A stretch of 64,000 bases of DNA from sequence record PP886230.1; one strand, 5' to 3'. A program made the position numbers and the translations under genes. The notes under the pieces are model-generated. The model saw only the letters and a program-made list of their open reading frames with translations, was not told the DNA's origin and ran no database searches. Positions 31,392 to 43,581 of this stretch are shown piece by piece. Each line of letters opens with the position of its first letter. The stretch's first letter is position 1.

Positions 31392-32224
31392 TTATGTCAT
31401 TAGAAAAAATAATCATTTCTGAATTCCGAAAGTATATCATGGATTGTGATAGAGATGTACAGCGTAAGTTCAATGAGTACCTTGACAAATATCCGTATTT
31501 GATGTTTAATCCGTTTGAAACTGATGATGATTTATATCTTGGTTTTTACATAGGATTTACTCAACGAATTCTTCATAAAGATGAAATGAAACAATCTGAG
31601 ATTTGGGTAGAAACTGACTCATCAGAGTCTAATGTTTTTTATCTTTATACATATTATGCCGAAATTGTTAGAGATACGACACCTGATGGTTGTCTATTTG
31701 TACAATCTTCTGATATTGAAAGAATATATATCGAACCTGTATCTTTGGATATGGTGGCACAGCTTCCAACTATCCAAGAACTAGGTGCAGACGAATTAAC
31801 TTATTCTGTATTTGAATATCTAAATAGAGATGATTTGACTCAAGAAATTGATAAAATGGTTTCTAGATATACTTCATCACTTATTTCGAATGGTAAACTT
31901 AAATTAGAATTAATTTTTGAAGATACTAGTATTAATCCAGTAAGAGGGGTTACAATTGGAAAAGTTACCATACGTGTTGTTTACGATAATGAAGTACTAG
32001 GATATATTTCAAAACGTGGACATGATTTATGTATAATTAGTACATTCGTTATTTCTCGTAAAAAATGGAATGATTTAATGCAAAAAATCGTGGACGGCAG
32101 TAAAATTCGTGATATAATATGTAATGACATGGTAATTATGAATCCTGATGTTGACTGTGATGTATATTTTCCAGTTCCTGGATTTACACGAGAAAACTTT
32201 AGTAAATTGAAGGATACGAAATGA
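31388..32224 (+). CDS. Hypothetical protein, possible fusion containing a degenerate EExxFQxS module
   Basis: Internal SLDMVAQLPTIQELGADELTYSVFEY; 278 aa. Confidence 0.7.
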   Translation: MIMSLEKIIISEFRKYIMDCDRDVQRKFNEYLDKYPYLMFNPFETDDDLYLGFYIGFTQRILHKDEMKQSEIWVETDSSESNVFYLYTYYAEIVRDTTPDGCLFVQSSDIERIYIEPVSLDMVAQLPTIQELGADELTYSVFEYLNRDDLTQEIDKMVSRYTSSLISNGKLKLELIFEDTSINPVRGVTIGKVTIRVVYDNEVLGYISKRGHDLCIISTFVISRKKWNDLMQKIVDGSKIRDIICNDMVIMNPDVDCDVYFPVPGFTRENFSKLKDTK

Positions 32225-32511
32225 AAATTTTAGAAGTCTTGCTAGAAAAAGATGCATCTGGTACTCTTTATGTTGGTAATGAGTTCAGTCCAGATCCAAT
32301 TGATATGTTACAGAGAATCCAAACACTGACTCAAAACATCTCGGTTAAAAAACCGTTTCAGAAAGAATTGGAAATCTTTTGTGATAAAGATATTGAACAG
32401 CATGATAATGTGATTTCAGATATTAAAAGTCTATTGACAAAAAATGGTTATGTAGAGTATAATCCTCCTATCGTAATCGTTATTCCAGACTTCATGAAAG
32501 GAACAATCTAA
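32221..32511 (+). CDS. Hypothetical protein, possible head-targeted
   Basis: N-terminus MKILEVLLE resembles LxE processing sites. Confidence 0.65.
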   Translation: MKILEVLLEKDASGTLYVGNEFSPDPIDMLQRIQTLTQNISVKKPFQKELEIFCDKDIEQHDNVISDIKSLLTKNGYVEYNPPIVIVIPDFMKGTI

Positions 32512-32780
32512 TGACTAAAGACGAAATGAAATCTCGCTTAAGCGAACTGAAGAAAGAACGTAAACTAGTACGTTTAGACTGGGATATCCTTAACAGGAAA
32601 GATGAGCAATCATATGCTAACTGGAGTTCTGATAAAGTACGAAATGACCGTTCTAAAGAAGATGCAAAGCAATTCATGGCATTATCGAAGCGACTATCAT
32701 CTTTGAACAGTGAAATTACTGGCCTTCAGAAAGAGATCATTTCCATTCTTAAAGCGGAGATTGAATCACTCTATGAATAA
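32511..32780 (+). CDS. Coiled-coil hypothetical protein
   Basis: Heptad-like K/E/L pattern. Confidence 0.7.
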   Translation: MTKDEMKSRLSELKKERKLVRLDWDILNRKDEQSYANWSSDKVRNDRSKEDAKQFMALSKRLSSLNSEITGLQKEIISILKAEIESLYE

Positions 32781-33069
32781 ACATGAAGTAATTCATTTTG
32801 ATGATAAGATCTATATTCCAAATATTGATAGTACTGAAACATATTACCTAATCAATAAGATTATGGCTGAAACAAATACGTGTTGTCGTCAACAGCCAGG
32901 AAAATATGAGTTCAGTCAGACTATTGGTTATTACCGATATGATATGTTAGAATCATTTACAATTGATAAGTCTAAAGTTATTGACATTCTTGTACAGAAT
33001 GGATATAATGAACAACGTGTAAATGATACAGATTTACCAGTTTCAAAAATTGTTCTTTCTAATAATTAA
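32773..33069 (+). CDS. Hypothetical protein
   Basis: Start moved to overlap with upstream stop. Confidence 0.65.
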   Translation: MNKHEVIHFDDKIYIPNIDSTETYYLINKIMAETNTCCRQQPGKYEFSQTIGYYRYDMLESFTIDKSKVIDILVQNGYNEQRVNDTDLPVSKIVLSNN

Positions 33070-33184
33070 AAATTGGACAAGAACAGATATTGTGATATAA
33101 TGTTTGTTATCGGCAGATATTAAAATGCAAACCATTCCTCAATGATGAGGGTTTTTCATAAAAAAGAAATAAAAGGGTATTAAA

Positions 33185-33394
33185 ATGGCTAAAGAAACTA
33201 ACGCACAAGTACTAGATATCACCGACTTCGACCGCACTGTGAACTACATTCAATTCCAGATTCATCAAGCAGAAGAAGCTCTAGCAGTATTCCACGGTAC
33301 TGGTGCAAGGCCAATCCGTTTTGCTCACTTGATTGCATGGAAGAAAAGTCTTCAAGAAGAACTATCTGAACTGCGTAAAGCAAATCGTAAGTAA
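33185..33394 (+). CDS. Hypothetical protein
   Basis: Extended -10 promoter (TGaTATAAT near 33093) upstream, terminator downstream. Confidence 0.7.
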   Translation: MAKETNAQVLDITDFDRTVNYIQFQIHQAEEALAVFHGTGARPIRFAHLIAWKKSLQEELSELRKANRK

Positions 33395-33459
33395 TTTATC
33401 TTACCGCCTCATCATTTTTGATGGGGCATTTTAATCATATAAAGTAAGAGGATTTATAA

Positions 33460-33966
33460 ATGAGTGTTGAATATTGGTTTTTGTTTGTGTGTATTGGTAC
33501 ACTTGCATTAATCACCATTGGATTGATTTTCAATACCATGATTAGTGGAAGTAAGTACTTTAAGACATTCCAACTTTTAATGTCTGCTATGCCATATAGT
33601 GCTGATGCCGAAAAAACAATTTCTCTAATTTTAGATAAGTTCGATGCAAATCTTTTGGTGGCTAAAATTTCAGCATGTGATACAAATATTTCATTCTACT
33701 CGGTAGACACGGATCTAGATGGAATTGATACACAATACTCAAATCCAGTAGTTGCTGAAATTTTCATTGGTTCAAAATATTATGCCTATGGATATGTAAG
33801 AAAATATTATTCAGAAGCAAAAGCTGAGTTGACGAAGAAGCGACCATCAATAAAAACTTTAAAACGCATCATTGCGTTGGAAAAATCACTTCGTGGTCAA
33901 ACAAGCGTTAATGAGCCACCATCAGTGATTAAATCCAAAAAAAGTAATGTTGTGGAGTTGGAGTAA
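33460..33966 (+). CDS. Membrane-anchored hypothetical protein
   Basis: N-terminal TM helix; GAGGA RBS. Confidence 0.7.
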   Translation: MSVEYWFLFVCIGTLALITIGLIFNTMISGSKYFKTFQLLMSAMPYSADAEKTISLILDKFDANLLVAKISACDTNISFYSVDTDLDGIDTQYSNPVVAEIFIGSKYYAYGYVRKYYSEAKAELTKKRPSIKTLKRIIALEKSLRGQTSVNEPPSVIKSKKSNVVELE

Positions 33967-34256
33967 TGGAACCAGAAAAATCAAGAAAAATTCTTATTGA
34001 TGTCCAAACTAAATTACTAGATATTATGGAAATCATCAATGAGTTACCACAGGGTTATCAGTACAAAGTTCGTGAAATGTTATCTTGTGCCGAAACCGTT
34101 GTTTCTATGTACGATGATATTCAACATGGTATTATCCCTGATATTCTCAAAGATGACGTAAATATTAACACTGAGGTAAAAGAAACTAAATTAGAATCAG
34201 AAACAGTATCTAATAAAAAAGTTCTAGACCTTAGTGGTATAAAAATTAATATCTAA
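33966..34256 (+). CDS. Hypothetical protein
   Basis: TAATG coupling. Confidence 0.7.
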   Translation: MEPEKSRKILIDVQTKLLDIMEIINELPQGYQYKVREMLSCAETVVSMYDDIQHGIIPDILKDDVNINTEVKETKLESETVSNKKVLDLSGIKINI

Positions 34257-34278
34257 AAAACATCCAATAGGAGAAGTA

Positions 34279-34428
34279 ATGAGTAATCAAAAAATCGACT
34301 TAGTAGTAAAACTTCAAGAGATTCAAGCACTAGCTAAAGACCTTGATAACACACGTGCATCAGTAGTTGATTCACTATGTGCAACAATCCTGACTGTTTT
34401 TACAGATTACGAAAAGAAATCTGATTAA
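34279..34428 (+). CDS. 49-aa hypothetical protein (not in ORF track)
   Basis: AGGAG RBS; MSNQKIDLVVKLQEIQ... Confidence 0.6.
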   Translation: MSNQKIDLVVKLQEIQALAKDLDNTRASVVDSLCATILTVFTDYEKKSD

Positions 34429-34441
34429 ACGTTACTTTGTA

Positions 34442-34470
34442 AATACCCAGTCAAGTACTGGGTATTTTTA
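34442..34470 (+). terminator. Intrinsic terminator
   Basis: AATACCCAGT-caagt-ACTGGGTATT-TTT. Confidence 0.7.
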
Positions 34471-34482
34471 TAAGGAAATAAA

Positions 34483-34875
34483 ATGACTGAATCAGAACTA
34501 CACGAAATGATAGATTTCATTTATGAAATGGTACAAGATAAAAATAACATCAATACAATTGCATCAGGCCCAAGACAAATTGGTAACCAAATAACATATT
34601 CTTTGTCCTTATGGTTACACCCGTGCATTAAGGTTGATTGTTTGTATTTCCGTCCTGATATTGATGCTTATTATTTTGTCAATCATGATGCATTAATGAA
34701 ACCACATAATCGTCCAGTTGATGATACCTTTGTGACACACCCATTTTACCTGGCTGATTCCGAAGAAGATGAGTTTCAAAAGAACACAACGTTAAGCCCA
34801 GGTGAAATTTGCATCCCTTACACACTAAAAGATAAAATGATTTACATCACAGAAGTTATGAAAACATGCTGGTAG
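34483..34875 (+). CDS. EExxFQxS-family protein (divergent)
   Basis: DSEEDEFQKNTTL; TAAGGA RBS. Confidence 0.7.
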   Translation: MTESELHEMIDFIYEMVQDKNNINTIASGPRQIGNQITYSLSLWLHPCIKVDCLYFRPDIDAYYFVNHDALMKPHNRPVDDTFVTHPFYLADSEEDEFQKNTTLSPGEICIPYTLKDKMIYITEVMKTCW

Positions 34876-34922
34876 ATGCAATGAAACTCTGATATAATAC
34901 TATGACTTACTAAGGAGAACAT

Positions 34923-35492
34923 ATGAACTTTATTAAATTCAACACATATGAGTCAGAAGCATACTTTAATACAAATAATAAATTTAATATTATTCTTAAA
35001 GACGGAACGGTTGTTATCGGAGTATCATTGCTTTCATTTGATGGCGAAAAACTCAAAACTGTTTATAAATTCACCAATCTTGATGGTGATTACTGGGATA
35101 CGTCAGATGTATCTAAAATTTGCACACATTATGTATTTGAATCTATTGAAGTTGGTGATGGCTGGGCATTGACCTGTAATGGTAATAAAGTATTTTCTGG
35201 TAACATATTTGGAGTAATTTCCAGTAAAGAAATCGTAGACCATCATCTTCATGTTCTCAATAATAACGCCAACACTTATACACCTGATAATATCAAAATT
35301 CACGATATTGTAACATATACTGATTATAATGGTTTCAGACATAAAGCAATCGTAACTGAAGTTAAAAAACCAAAAAATTATTTCGACCACGGTTTAATTG
35401 AAGTATATATGGTAGGTGGCGAAAAACAATACTTTGATCATTTCACTTATACTGGTTGGGATAGATTCCTAACCGTTATTGAGGAATACTAA
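34923..35492 (+). CDS. Hypothetical protein
   Basis: TAAGGAG RBS. Confidence 0.75.
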   Translation: MNFIKFNTYESEAYFNTNNKFNIILKDGTVVIGVSLLSFDGEKLKTVYKFTNLDGDYWDTSDVSKICTHYVFESIEVGDGWALTCNGNKVFSGNIFGVISSKEIVDHHLHVLNNNANTYTPDNIKIHDIVTYTDYNGFRHKAIVTEVKKPKNYFDHGLIEVYMVGGEKQYFDHFTYTGWDRFLTVIEEY

Positions 35493-35493
35493 C

Positions 35494-35982
35494 ATGCCGA
35501 TTCGTGGTGTCCCAGAACCATTAATGGAAGTTATTAAGCATGTTCGCATTGGAGATCGAGAAGTTAATCTTCGCCGTAATAACATTTATTACTTTAAAAC
35601 TTCAGAAATGAGTTCTGTGCAGATTGTCATTGGTACATCTATTAAGATTACTCGTGTACTTGATGGTAGTACTGACTTCGTTGAATATAATGTACTTACT
35701 AATAAAGTAACGCATATATATAAATGGAGTGGGTATAAAACTATTAAGTATGAATTTGACTTAGCTAGAACTGAAGAAGAACGATTTATGCTGAGTACTA
35801 TCAATCCGGCAAACTATCCCGATCTTGATGCATTTTTGCTAATTTTAAAATTGTATAATGAAGCAAATCAGAAAGCTAAAGAGTATGATAGAATCATGTA
35901 TGAACGCCGAAAAGAACGTGCACAAAAAAGTTATGATCTGTATGATAGCCCATACGTGAAATATAGTAAGGGGTCGAAATGA
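35494..35982 (+). CDS. EExxFQxS-family protein
   Basis: RTEEERFMLSTINP; GAGGA RBS. Confidence 0.7.
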   Translation: MPIRGVPEPLMEVIKHVRIGDREVNLRRNNIYYFKTSEMSSVQIVIGTSIKITRVLDGSTDFVEYNVLTNKVTHIYKWSGYKTIKYEFDLARTEEERFMLSTINPANYPDLDAFLLILKLYNEANQKAKEYDRIMYERRKERAQKSYDLYDSPYVKYSKGSK

Positions 35983-36383
35983 ATAACGAAGTTCAAATTG
36001 TCATTACTCCACCTATACAAAGTCTGGATGTATCCATTAGTGATTTTTTGGAAAAATACTATGAATGGTTTAATGAAGATTCAGTAATTTATAACCATTC
36101 ATTACCTGATGGTTTCGTTGAGCTTATTGAATTAAATGCCAAATCACTATACTTCTGTGTTGAATATAATGATTATATGACAGATGAAGCATATCGTTTT
36201 CGTTGTACATTGTATCCTAACCATTTTTCCATTGGTTATAAAGACTATCAGTACTGTACCACTAACTATAGTGTTGAGGAAGAATTTCAGTACAATTTAC
36301 TTTATCCTGATTTAGATTATACGATTGCAGTACTGTTGACTAAAATCATGGATTTTTATAAAGATAAATATAATGCAGCCTAA
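35979..36383 (+). CDS. EExxFQxS-family protein (divergent)
   Basis: YSVEEEFQYNLLYPD. Confidence 0.7.
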   Translation: MNNEVQIVITPPIQSLDVSISDFLEKYYEWFNEDSVIYNHSLPDGFVELIELNAKSLYFCVEYNDYMTDEAYRFRCTLYPNHFSIGYKDYQYCTTNYSVEEEFQYNLLYPDLDYTIAVLLTKIMDFYKDKYNAA

Positions 36384-36558
36384 GACATTTGATGAGTGGT
36401 TTAATCTACACTATAATATAAATGCAGCAGATATATACTATTTTAAGCTTGAATTGTATATATCATTGCGTAACCCAATTGAGTACTATAACAACATTAT
36501 CAATTGTGATGATTTTGGTACATATTTTAGTATAGCCGTTATGGATATTAAGAGATGA
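36373..36558 (+). CDS. Small hypothetical protein
   Basis: N-terminal KTFDEWF, loosely like the MTHEEW family. Confidence 0.6.
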   Translation: MQPKTFDEWFNLHYNINAADIYYFKLELYISLRNPIEYYNNIINCDDFGTYFSIAVMDIKR

Positions 36559-36734
36559 CACATGAAGAATGGATGGCAATGATGAAAAAACGTTATGACC
36601 AGTTTGGAAATGGATTTATTGATGGTCATTTCGATATTTTACGAGACAAATATAAGTTCGAATCATATGTACTAGATGAGAATGGAAATCGTTGGTTCAT
36701 CTATGAGCTTGCGGTTAGAGACAAAAAAATATAA
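36555..36734 (+). CDS. MTHEEW-family micro-protein 1 (not in ORF track)
   Basis: 59 aa, MTHEEWMAMMKKRYDQFGNGF...WFIYELAVRDKKI; ATGA overlap. Confidence 0.75.
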   Translation: MTHEEWMAMMKKRYDQFGNGFIDGHFDILRDKYKFESYVLDENGNRWFIYELAVRDKKI

Positions 36735-36745
36735 TAACCTTTTCC

Positions 36746-36811
36746 ATTGTCCATTGCAATGCTTTCTTTACAGAAGAATAAATGAAACACTTAATTGAAC
36801 TGGATACATAA
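36746..36811 (+). pseudogene. Remnant duplicate of the 3' end of ORF 37115-37330
   Basis: Reads IVHCNAFFTEE*MKHLIELDT* versus IVHDSAFFTKEEMQHLIVLDT*; internal stop, no start. Confidence 0.65.
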
Positions 36812-36812
36812 A

Positions 36813-36989
36813 ATGACACACAAAGAATGGATAGATGAACTAAAATTCAAACATAATCCTTTTGGTTTTGGTATACGCCAAGGTCATTATGATGTGTTAA
36901 AAGATAAACAACTTTTCAAATCATTTGTACTTGATGCGGATAGCAACCACTGGTTCATCTATGAGCTTGCAATTAGAGACAAAAAATAG
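36813..36989 (+). CDS. MTHEEW-family micro-protein 2
   Basis: MTHKEWIDELKFKHNPFGFGI...WFIYELAIRDKK. Confidence 0.75.
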   Translation: MTHKEWIDELKFKHNPFGFGIRQGHYDVLKDKQLFKSFVLDADSNHWFIYELAIRDKK

Positions 36990-36994
36990 TAAGA

Positions 36995-37330
<336 letters not shown>

Positions 37331-37331
37331 A

Positions 37332-37514
37332 ATGACACACGAAGAATGGATGTCCAAACAGCATAAAGAACATGACTGCTTTGGGAATGGCATTCGTCAG
37401 GTACATTATGATATATTAAGAGATGAAAATCTTTTCAGGTCATATGTTTTGGATACCAGAAAACCCTGGTTTATATGCGAACTGGCATTTAGAAAGTCAA
37501 ATAATCAAAACTAA
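37332..37514 (+). CDS. MTHEEW-family micro-protein 3
   Basis: MTHEEWMSKQHKEHDCFGNGI...WFICELAFRK. Confidence 0.75.
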   Translation: MTHEEWMSKQHKEHDCFGNGIRQVHYDILRDENLFRSYVLDTRKPWFICELAFRKSNNQN

Positions 37515-37530
37515 ACAAGGAATACAAAAA

Positions 37531-37749
37531 ATGGAAACAACTTTATTTGAAGTTATTCAATCATTAAAACCTGAAGATGAGGTTCAAGTACTACTACATG
37601 GTTATCGTGTAAAAGGTACTGTGGTTTTAGTCAATGATACAACATTGGTTATTACAGAAACAAACCCATATGATAGTAATCAACTTGTCAATATCCATAT
37701 CGATATCACTGGAATTATTGGTGTCGGTGTATCTAAAACACTTGCATAA
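37531..37749 (+). CDS. Small hypothetical beta-rich protein
   Basis: AAGGA RBS; start moved to 37531. Confidence 0.65.
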   Translation: METTLFEVIQSLKPEDEVQVLLHGYRVKGTVVLVNDTTLVITETNPYDSNQLVNIHIDITGIIGVGVSKTLA

Positions 37750-37802
37750 ATCATTAATTCATTATATAATGATTATCACTGGTTCTAGATGAGGATAATA
37801 TT

Positions 37803-38075
37803 ATGCATTTTGAAAAATTCAACGTAAATCGTAACACACGCATTGAAGTTCTTTATGAAACTCAAGACACCATTAGTATTCGTACAAGTAGTGGGGATGT
37901 ATATCATGACTGTACGATTGGCTGGGAACAGGGAAGAACGCGTAGTGCAGTATTTGATAATTATCGCTTTTATCAAGGAGACACTACGATTTGGCCTGAA
38001 TACGTAGAAGATATTGCGTTTGAAGATGAACATAAAGATGAATTTATCAAATTTAATCCTCAAACTGAATCATAA
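37803..38075 (+). CDS. Hypothetical protein
   Basis: GAGGA RBS. Confidence 0.7.
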   Translation: MHFEKFNVNRNTRIEVLYETQDTISIRTSSGDVYHDCTIGWEQGRTRSAVFDNYRFYQGDTTIWPEYVEDIAFEDEHKDEFIKFNPQTES

Positions 38076-38080
38076 ATAAT

Positions 38081-38208
<128 letters not shown>

Positions 38209-38212
38209 AAAT

Positions 38213-38314
<102 letters not shown>

Positions 38315-38318
38315 AACC

Positions 38319-38479
38319 ATGACGCATGAAGAATGGATGAATGACATTAATTTTAGATATGCAGGTTTCGGTAACTGGAGAAAGTATCATTGGGAAATCA
38401 TGTCAGACCCAGCAGAATACGATAAACTTATAAACCATGAAGCGTATCCGTGGTTCTTTATTGAAATAATGGTACGAAC

Positions 38480-38483
<4 letters not shown>
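38319..38483 (+). CDS. MTHEEW-family micro-protein 4 (not in ORF track)
   Basis: 54 aa MTHEEWMNDINFRYAGFGNW...PWFFIEIMVRT. Confidence 0.7.
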
Positions 38484-38645
<162 letters not shown>

Positions 38646-38653
38646 AAAAAAAG

Positions 38654-39062
<409 letters not shown>

Positions 39063-39067
<5 letters not shown>

Positions 39068-39085
39068 CTAAATAATTCAGTACTG
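39063..39085 (+). repeat. 23-bp promoter repeat copy 2 (one mismatch, no -10)
   Basis: CTTGACTAAATAATTCAGTACTG followed by GAGGA and a 9-codon ORF (39097-39126). Confidence 0.8.
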
Positions 39086-39124
39086 AGGATATTAATATGT
39101 TTAAAGATGAACGTCCAGATTTGT

Positions 39125-39162
<38 letters not shown>

Positions 39163-39168
39163 GAATTC

Positions 39169-39510
39169 CACAATCAGACGTATATGGTGTAAGTTACGTC
39201 GATGCAATCCAGAACAAGATCTCTGGTACTCTAGGAAGTGGTGAATGTTAACCTAGACGGGTTTGATAATTGGACGATAGGCAATTATTACTTGACTAGC
39301 AGGTTTAAACTAGAGGTGACTATCCTTCACCAAACTGGAAAACCGGATGGACTTTTATTTAAAAGGGTAAGGCGTGGAAATATGTTTACAGTAGTTGCTT
39401 TTAGTATCCTGTACGCCCCACGTCAAGGTAGCCGAAAGGCAAGTTAAAACGGGTGGTTATAAAGCTGAATTAACAGCGACGTTTAAAAGCGTCACCATCC
39501 ATTTTTTTTT
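39169..39510 (+). ncRNA. Candidate structured ncRNA, about 340 nt, family unknown
   Basis: Own consensus promoter, at least 8 stems incl. GCC-GAAA-GGC tetraloop, 9-T end; GC richer than flanks. Confidence 0.7.
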
Positions 39511-39526
39511 AATTAAAGTTGGTGAT

Positions 39527-40164
<638 letters not shown>

Positions 40165-40165
40165 T

Positions 40166-40335
<170 letters not shown>

Positions 40336-40358
40336 CGAAATTACAATAGGAAATTAAA

Positions 40359-40544
40359 ATGCAACTTTTAATTCTTTCAATATTGTATATTATTATAATG
40401 GTTCCGATATCAATACGTTTAATTACAGTTGAACGATTTTTATCGAAACATGGAAATAGATCTATGATCTTTGTACCAATTGGGCTTATATTGTTTGGTA
40501 TTTTTGCATTTATAATGGGAATTAACGCTACATTCATTTCATAG
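40359..40544 (+). CDS. Small membrane protein
   Basis: Two TM helices; AGGA RBS. Confidence 0.65.
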   Translation: MQLLILSILYIIIMVPISIRLITVERFLSKHGNRSMIFVPIGLILFGIFAFIMGINATFIS

Positions 40545-40553
40545 GAAACAAAT

Positions 40554-40811
<258 letters not shown>

Positions 40812-40814
40812 CTA

Positions 40815-41015
40815 ATGTCAAAATTTATTAACCGTAAGAAAAGAAAAAAACGTTCTAAAGAAGAAATTCTTCAGTTAATTAAACAAAACAAGAAAGAATT
40901 GATACTTGATGAATATGTTTTCCAATACGGAATGAAAAGTGGTTTAGTGAAAGAATGTAATAATAAGTACAGTACTGAGCATTTTGATCTTATTAAAAAT
41001 ATTCTTTTAAAATAA
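40815..41015 (+). CDS. Basic hypothetical protein
   Basis: AAGGA RBS; RKKRKKR stretch. Confidence 0.6.
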   Translation: MSKFINRKKRKKRSKEEILQLIKQNKKELILDEYVFQYGMKSGLVKECNNKYSTEHFDLIKNILLK

Positions 41016-41183
41016 AAGTATTTTTTGGATTAATTATGAGATTAACACTTGAAGAAAAAGAAGCTATTCGAGTACTGGTACGGTAAAAAGAAATTGACAA
41101 AATATGTCATTTCACCTAAACTACGTGGTAAGACTTCACTTGGTGTATTCAACGCCGCAGACTTAAACTACTAGCGGGTATTA

Positions 41184-41734
<551 letters not shown>

Positions 41735-41736
41735 TA

Positions 41737-41793
<57 letters not shown>

Positions 41794-41794
41794 A

Positions 41795-41826
<32 letters not shown>

Positions 41827-41878
41827 TACCAAGCAGCTTGAAGAACTTTGTAGTGCTGCACCTATGCCGACTCTTGGC

Positions 41879-41979
<101 letters not shown>

Positions 41980-41991
41980 TATCTTACTTCT

Positions 41992-42081
<90 letters not shown>

Positions 42082-42087
42082 TACACT

Positions 42088-42513
42088 ATGACATACAACA
42101 TTGTTAAAATGGTGAACTATGTATTAAAAAACAACGCATGGTCACTGCATGATGTACAATTAGAAGATATTGGTGAAGTTAGAGTATTTTGCTATGATCC
42201 AGATTTGAATCAAACCACAGATTTGAGTAAATGTTTTAATATTTTTCTTGGTTATGAATTCAATAATCATTTTTATTCATTTGATGTGTATTTTGAAAAA
42301 GTTATATTCAGAAGTTATGAATGTGATAATGAAGATTATGATTATGATGATGAATCAATTGAATTGAATGTTAACGATATTGATACTGAAGAAAAATTCT
42401 TCCAGTACTGCCTCCTTAACGACATATTAGGATTAACATTTGAGGACATTAAAGCTATACTTAAAGTTCAAAAGTTGATTCCAGAAGAGGTTCTAAATCC
42501 ATTAAATGACTAG
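42088..42513 (+). CDS. EExxFQxS-family protein
   Basis: DTEEKFFQYCLLNDILGLTFEDI. Confidence 0.75.
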   Translation: MTYNIVKMVNYVLKNNAWSLHDVQLEDIGEVRVFCYDPDLNQTTDLSKCFNIFLGYEFNNHFYSFDVYFEKVIFRSYECDNEDYDYDDESIELNVNDIDTEEKFFQYCLLNDILGLTFEDIKAILKVQKLIPEEVLNPLND

Positions 42514-42871
42514 TCTAATAGTACGTATAATGCAAGATGTTTGTAATAACCTTTATACAGGCAATTTTGACGATCCGAACATAAAAATATTATGTTATGA
42601 TGGTTTTACAATGGTACATCCATCCTATTCAAATAATATCTACGTAGCATATACAGGTGAAAATCTATTATATCAATTTGATATATATAGTACAATGACA
42701 AAGATAATTTTGGATGCCTCTAAACCAGCAATCTTTATTGCTTCTCATGATTACCATTACACTGAAGAATCACTATTTCAGTACTCAATGATTAATGACA
42801 TTGGTGGGTTGACATTGGATGAGGTTAATGCTATACTAGCTGTCTCACGTTTAGTTAAAACCCACAATTAG
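42506..42871 (+). CDS. EExxFQxS-family protein
   Basis: YTEESLFQYSMINDIGGLTLDEV. Confidence 0.75.
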   Translation: MTSLIVRIMQDVCNNLYTGNFDDPNIKILCYDGFTMVHPSYSNNIYVAYTGENLLYQFDIYSTMTKIILDASKPAIFIASHDYHYTEESLFQYSMINDIGGLTLDEVNAILAVSRLVKTHN

Positions 42872-42880
42872 GAGATTCAT

Positions 42881-43072
42881 ATGTTCTGGAATTTATTATG
42901 CTTGTTTGGTCGTACATTGGTTCTTGCTATTATTCATACACCTGGTATTCGTAATTATGTTTCTTATGAATTTAAGAAAAATTATCACAACAATACTGAA
43001 GTTCGTACAACTAAGATGTGCAAAGACTTCAAGGTAGATGTTCCACCATTCAAGAAGTACGAGGATGAATAA
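42881..43072 (+). CDS. Small hypothetical protein
   Basis: AGGAG RBS. Confidence 0.6.
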   Translation: MFWNLLCLFGRTLVLAIIHTPGIRNYVSYEFKKNYHNNTEVRTTKMCKDFKVDVPPFKKYEDE

Positions 43073-43356
43073 TGGAATTCATTGTTGCACCTGATGAACT
43101 TAAAACATTCACGTTCAGAGATAATAACAATTATCCTTATACAAATCATTCATTGAATTCATTACATGTTATTTCAATCATTGCATCTGAATACAGGGAT
43201 AATCCATGTATTGATTTTAAAACCACTGATGGTGAATATACATGGGTGATCCCAAAAGATAAATATAGTTATCAAGGGGCAGTAGAAATTCGTGACTCGA
43301 TTCTAAAACAAATCGAAGATGGAAATACTCATCCTAAACTAAACACTCAGTACTGA
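43072..43356 (+). CDS. Hypothetical protein
   Basis: TAATG coupling. Confidence 0.7.
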   Translation: MEFIVAPDELKTFTFRDNNNYPYTNHSLNSLHVISIIASEYRDNPCIDFKTTDGEYTWVIPKDKYSYQGAVEIRDSILKQIEDGNTHPKLNTQY

Positions 43357-43369
43357 AATCGTTTAACCC

Positions 43370-43424
43370 GATAGCTTCTAGTCAGTACTGATTCCTCCTT
43401 ATGTATAGAAGCTATCACTTTTTT
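43370..43424 (+). terminator. Long-stem terminator-like hairpin with anti-SD-like loop
   Basis: GATAGCTTCTA/TAGAAGCTATC 11-bp stem, loop contains TTCCTCCTTA, T run follows. Confidence 0.6.
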
Positions 43425-43544
43425 ACGTATAATGATATTACCCTCAAATTCATTATATTCGTTACCCTCTAACAGTATCTTTTTATTCCTCTTGGATGCT
43501 GTAATTTAGAAGTTGACTTTTTAACTTCTACTGTGTTATACTTA

Positions 43545-43572
43545 AGGCTGATTCGATGAATCGGCCTTTTTT
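43545..43572 (+). terminator. Intrinsic terminator
   Basis: AGGCTGATTC-gat-GAATCGGCCT-TTTTT. Confidence 0.7.
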
Positions 43573-43581
43573 CTTATATAG

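Noticed and set aside
39238-39526. ORF 39238-39447 and the 5' extension of ORF 39395
   Set aside because: No RBS; they overlap the densely paired RNA candidate and a 9-T run; a better start with RBS exists at 39527.
41036-41174. Possible frameshifted small gene
   Set aside because: A 16-codon ATG frame and an overlapping TTG frame both exist; I cannot tell which, if either, is real.
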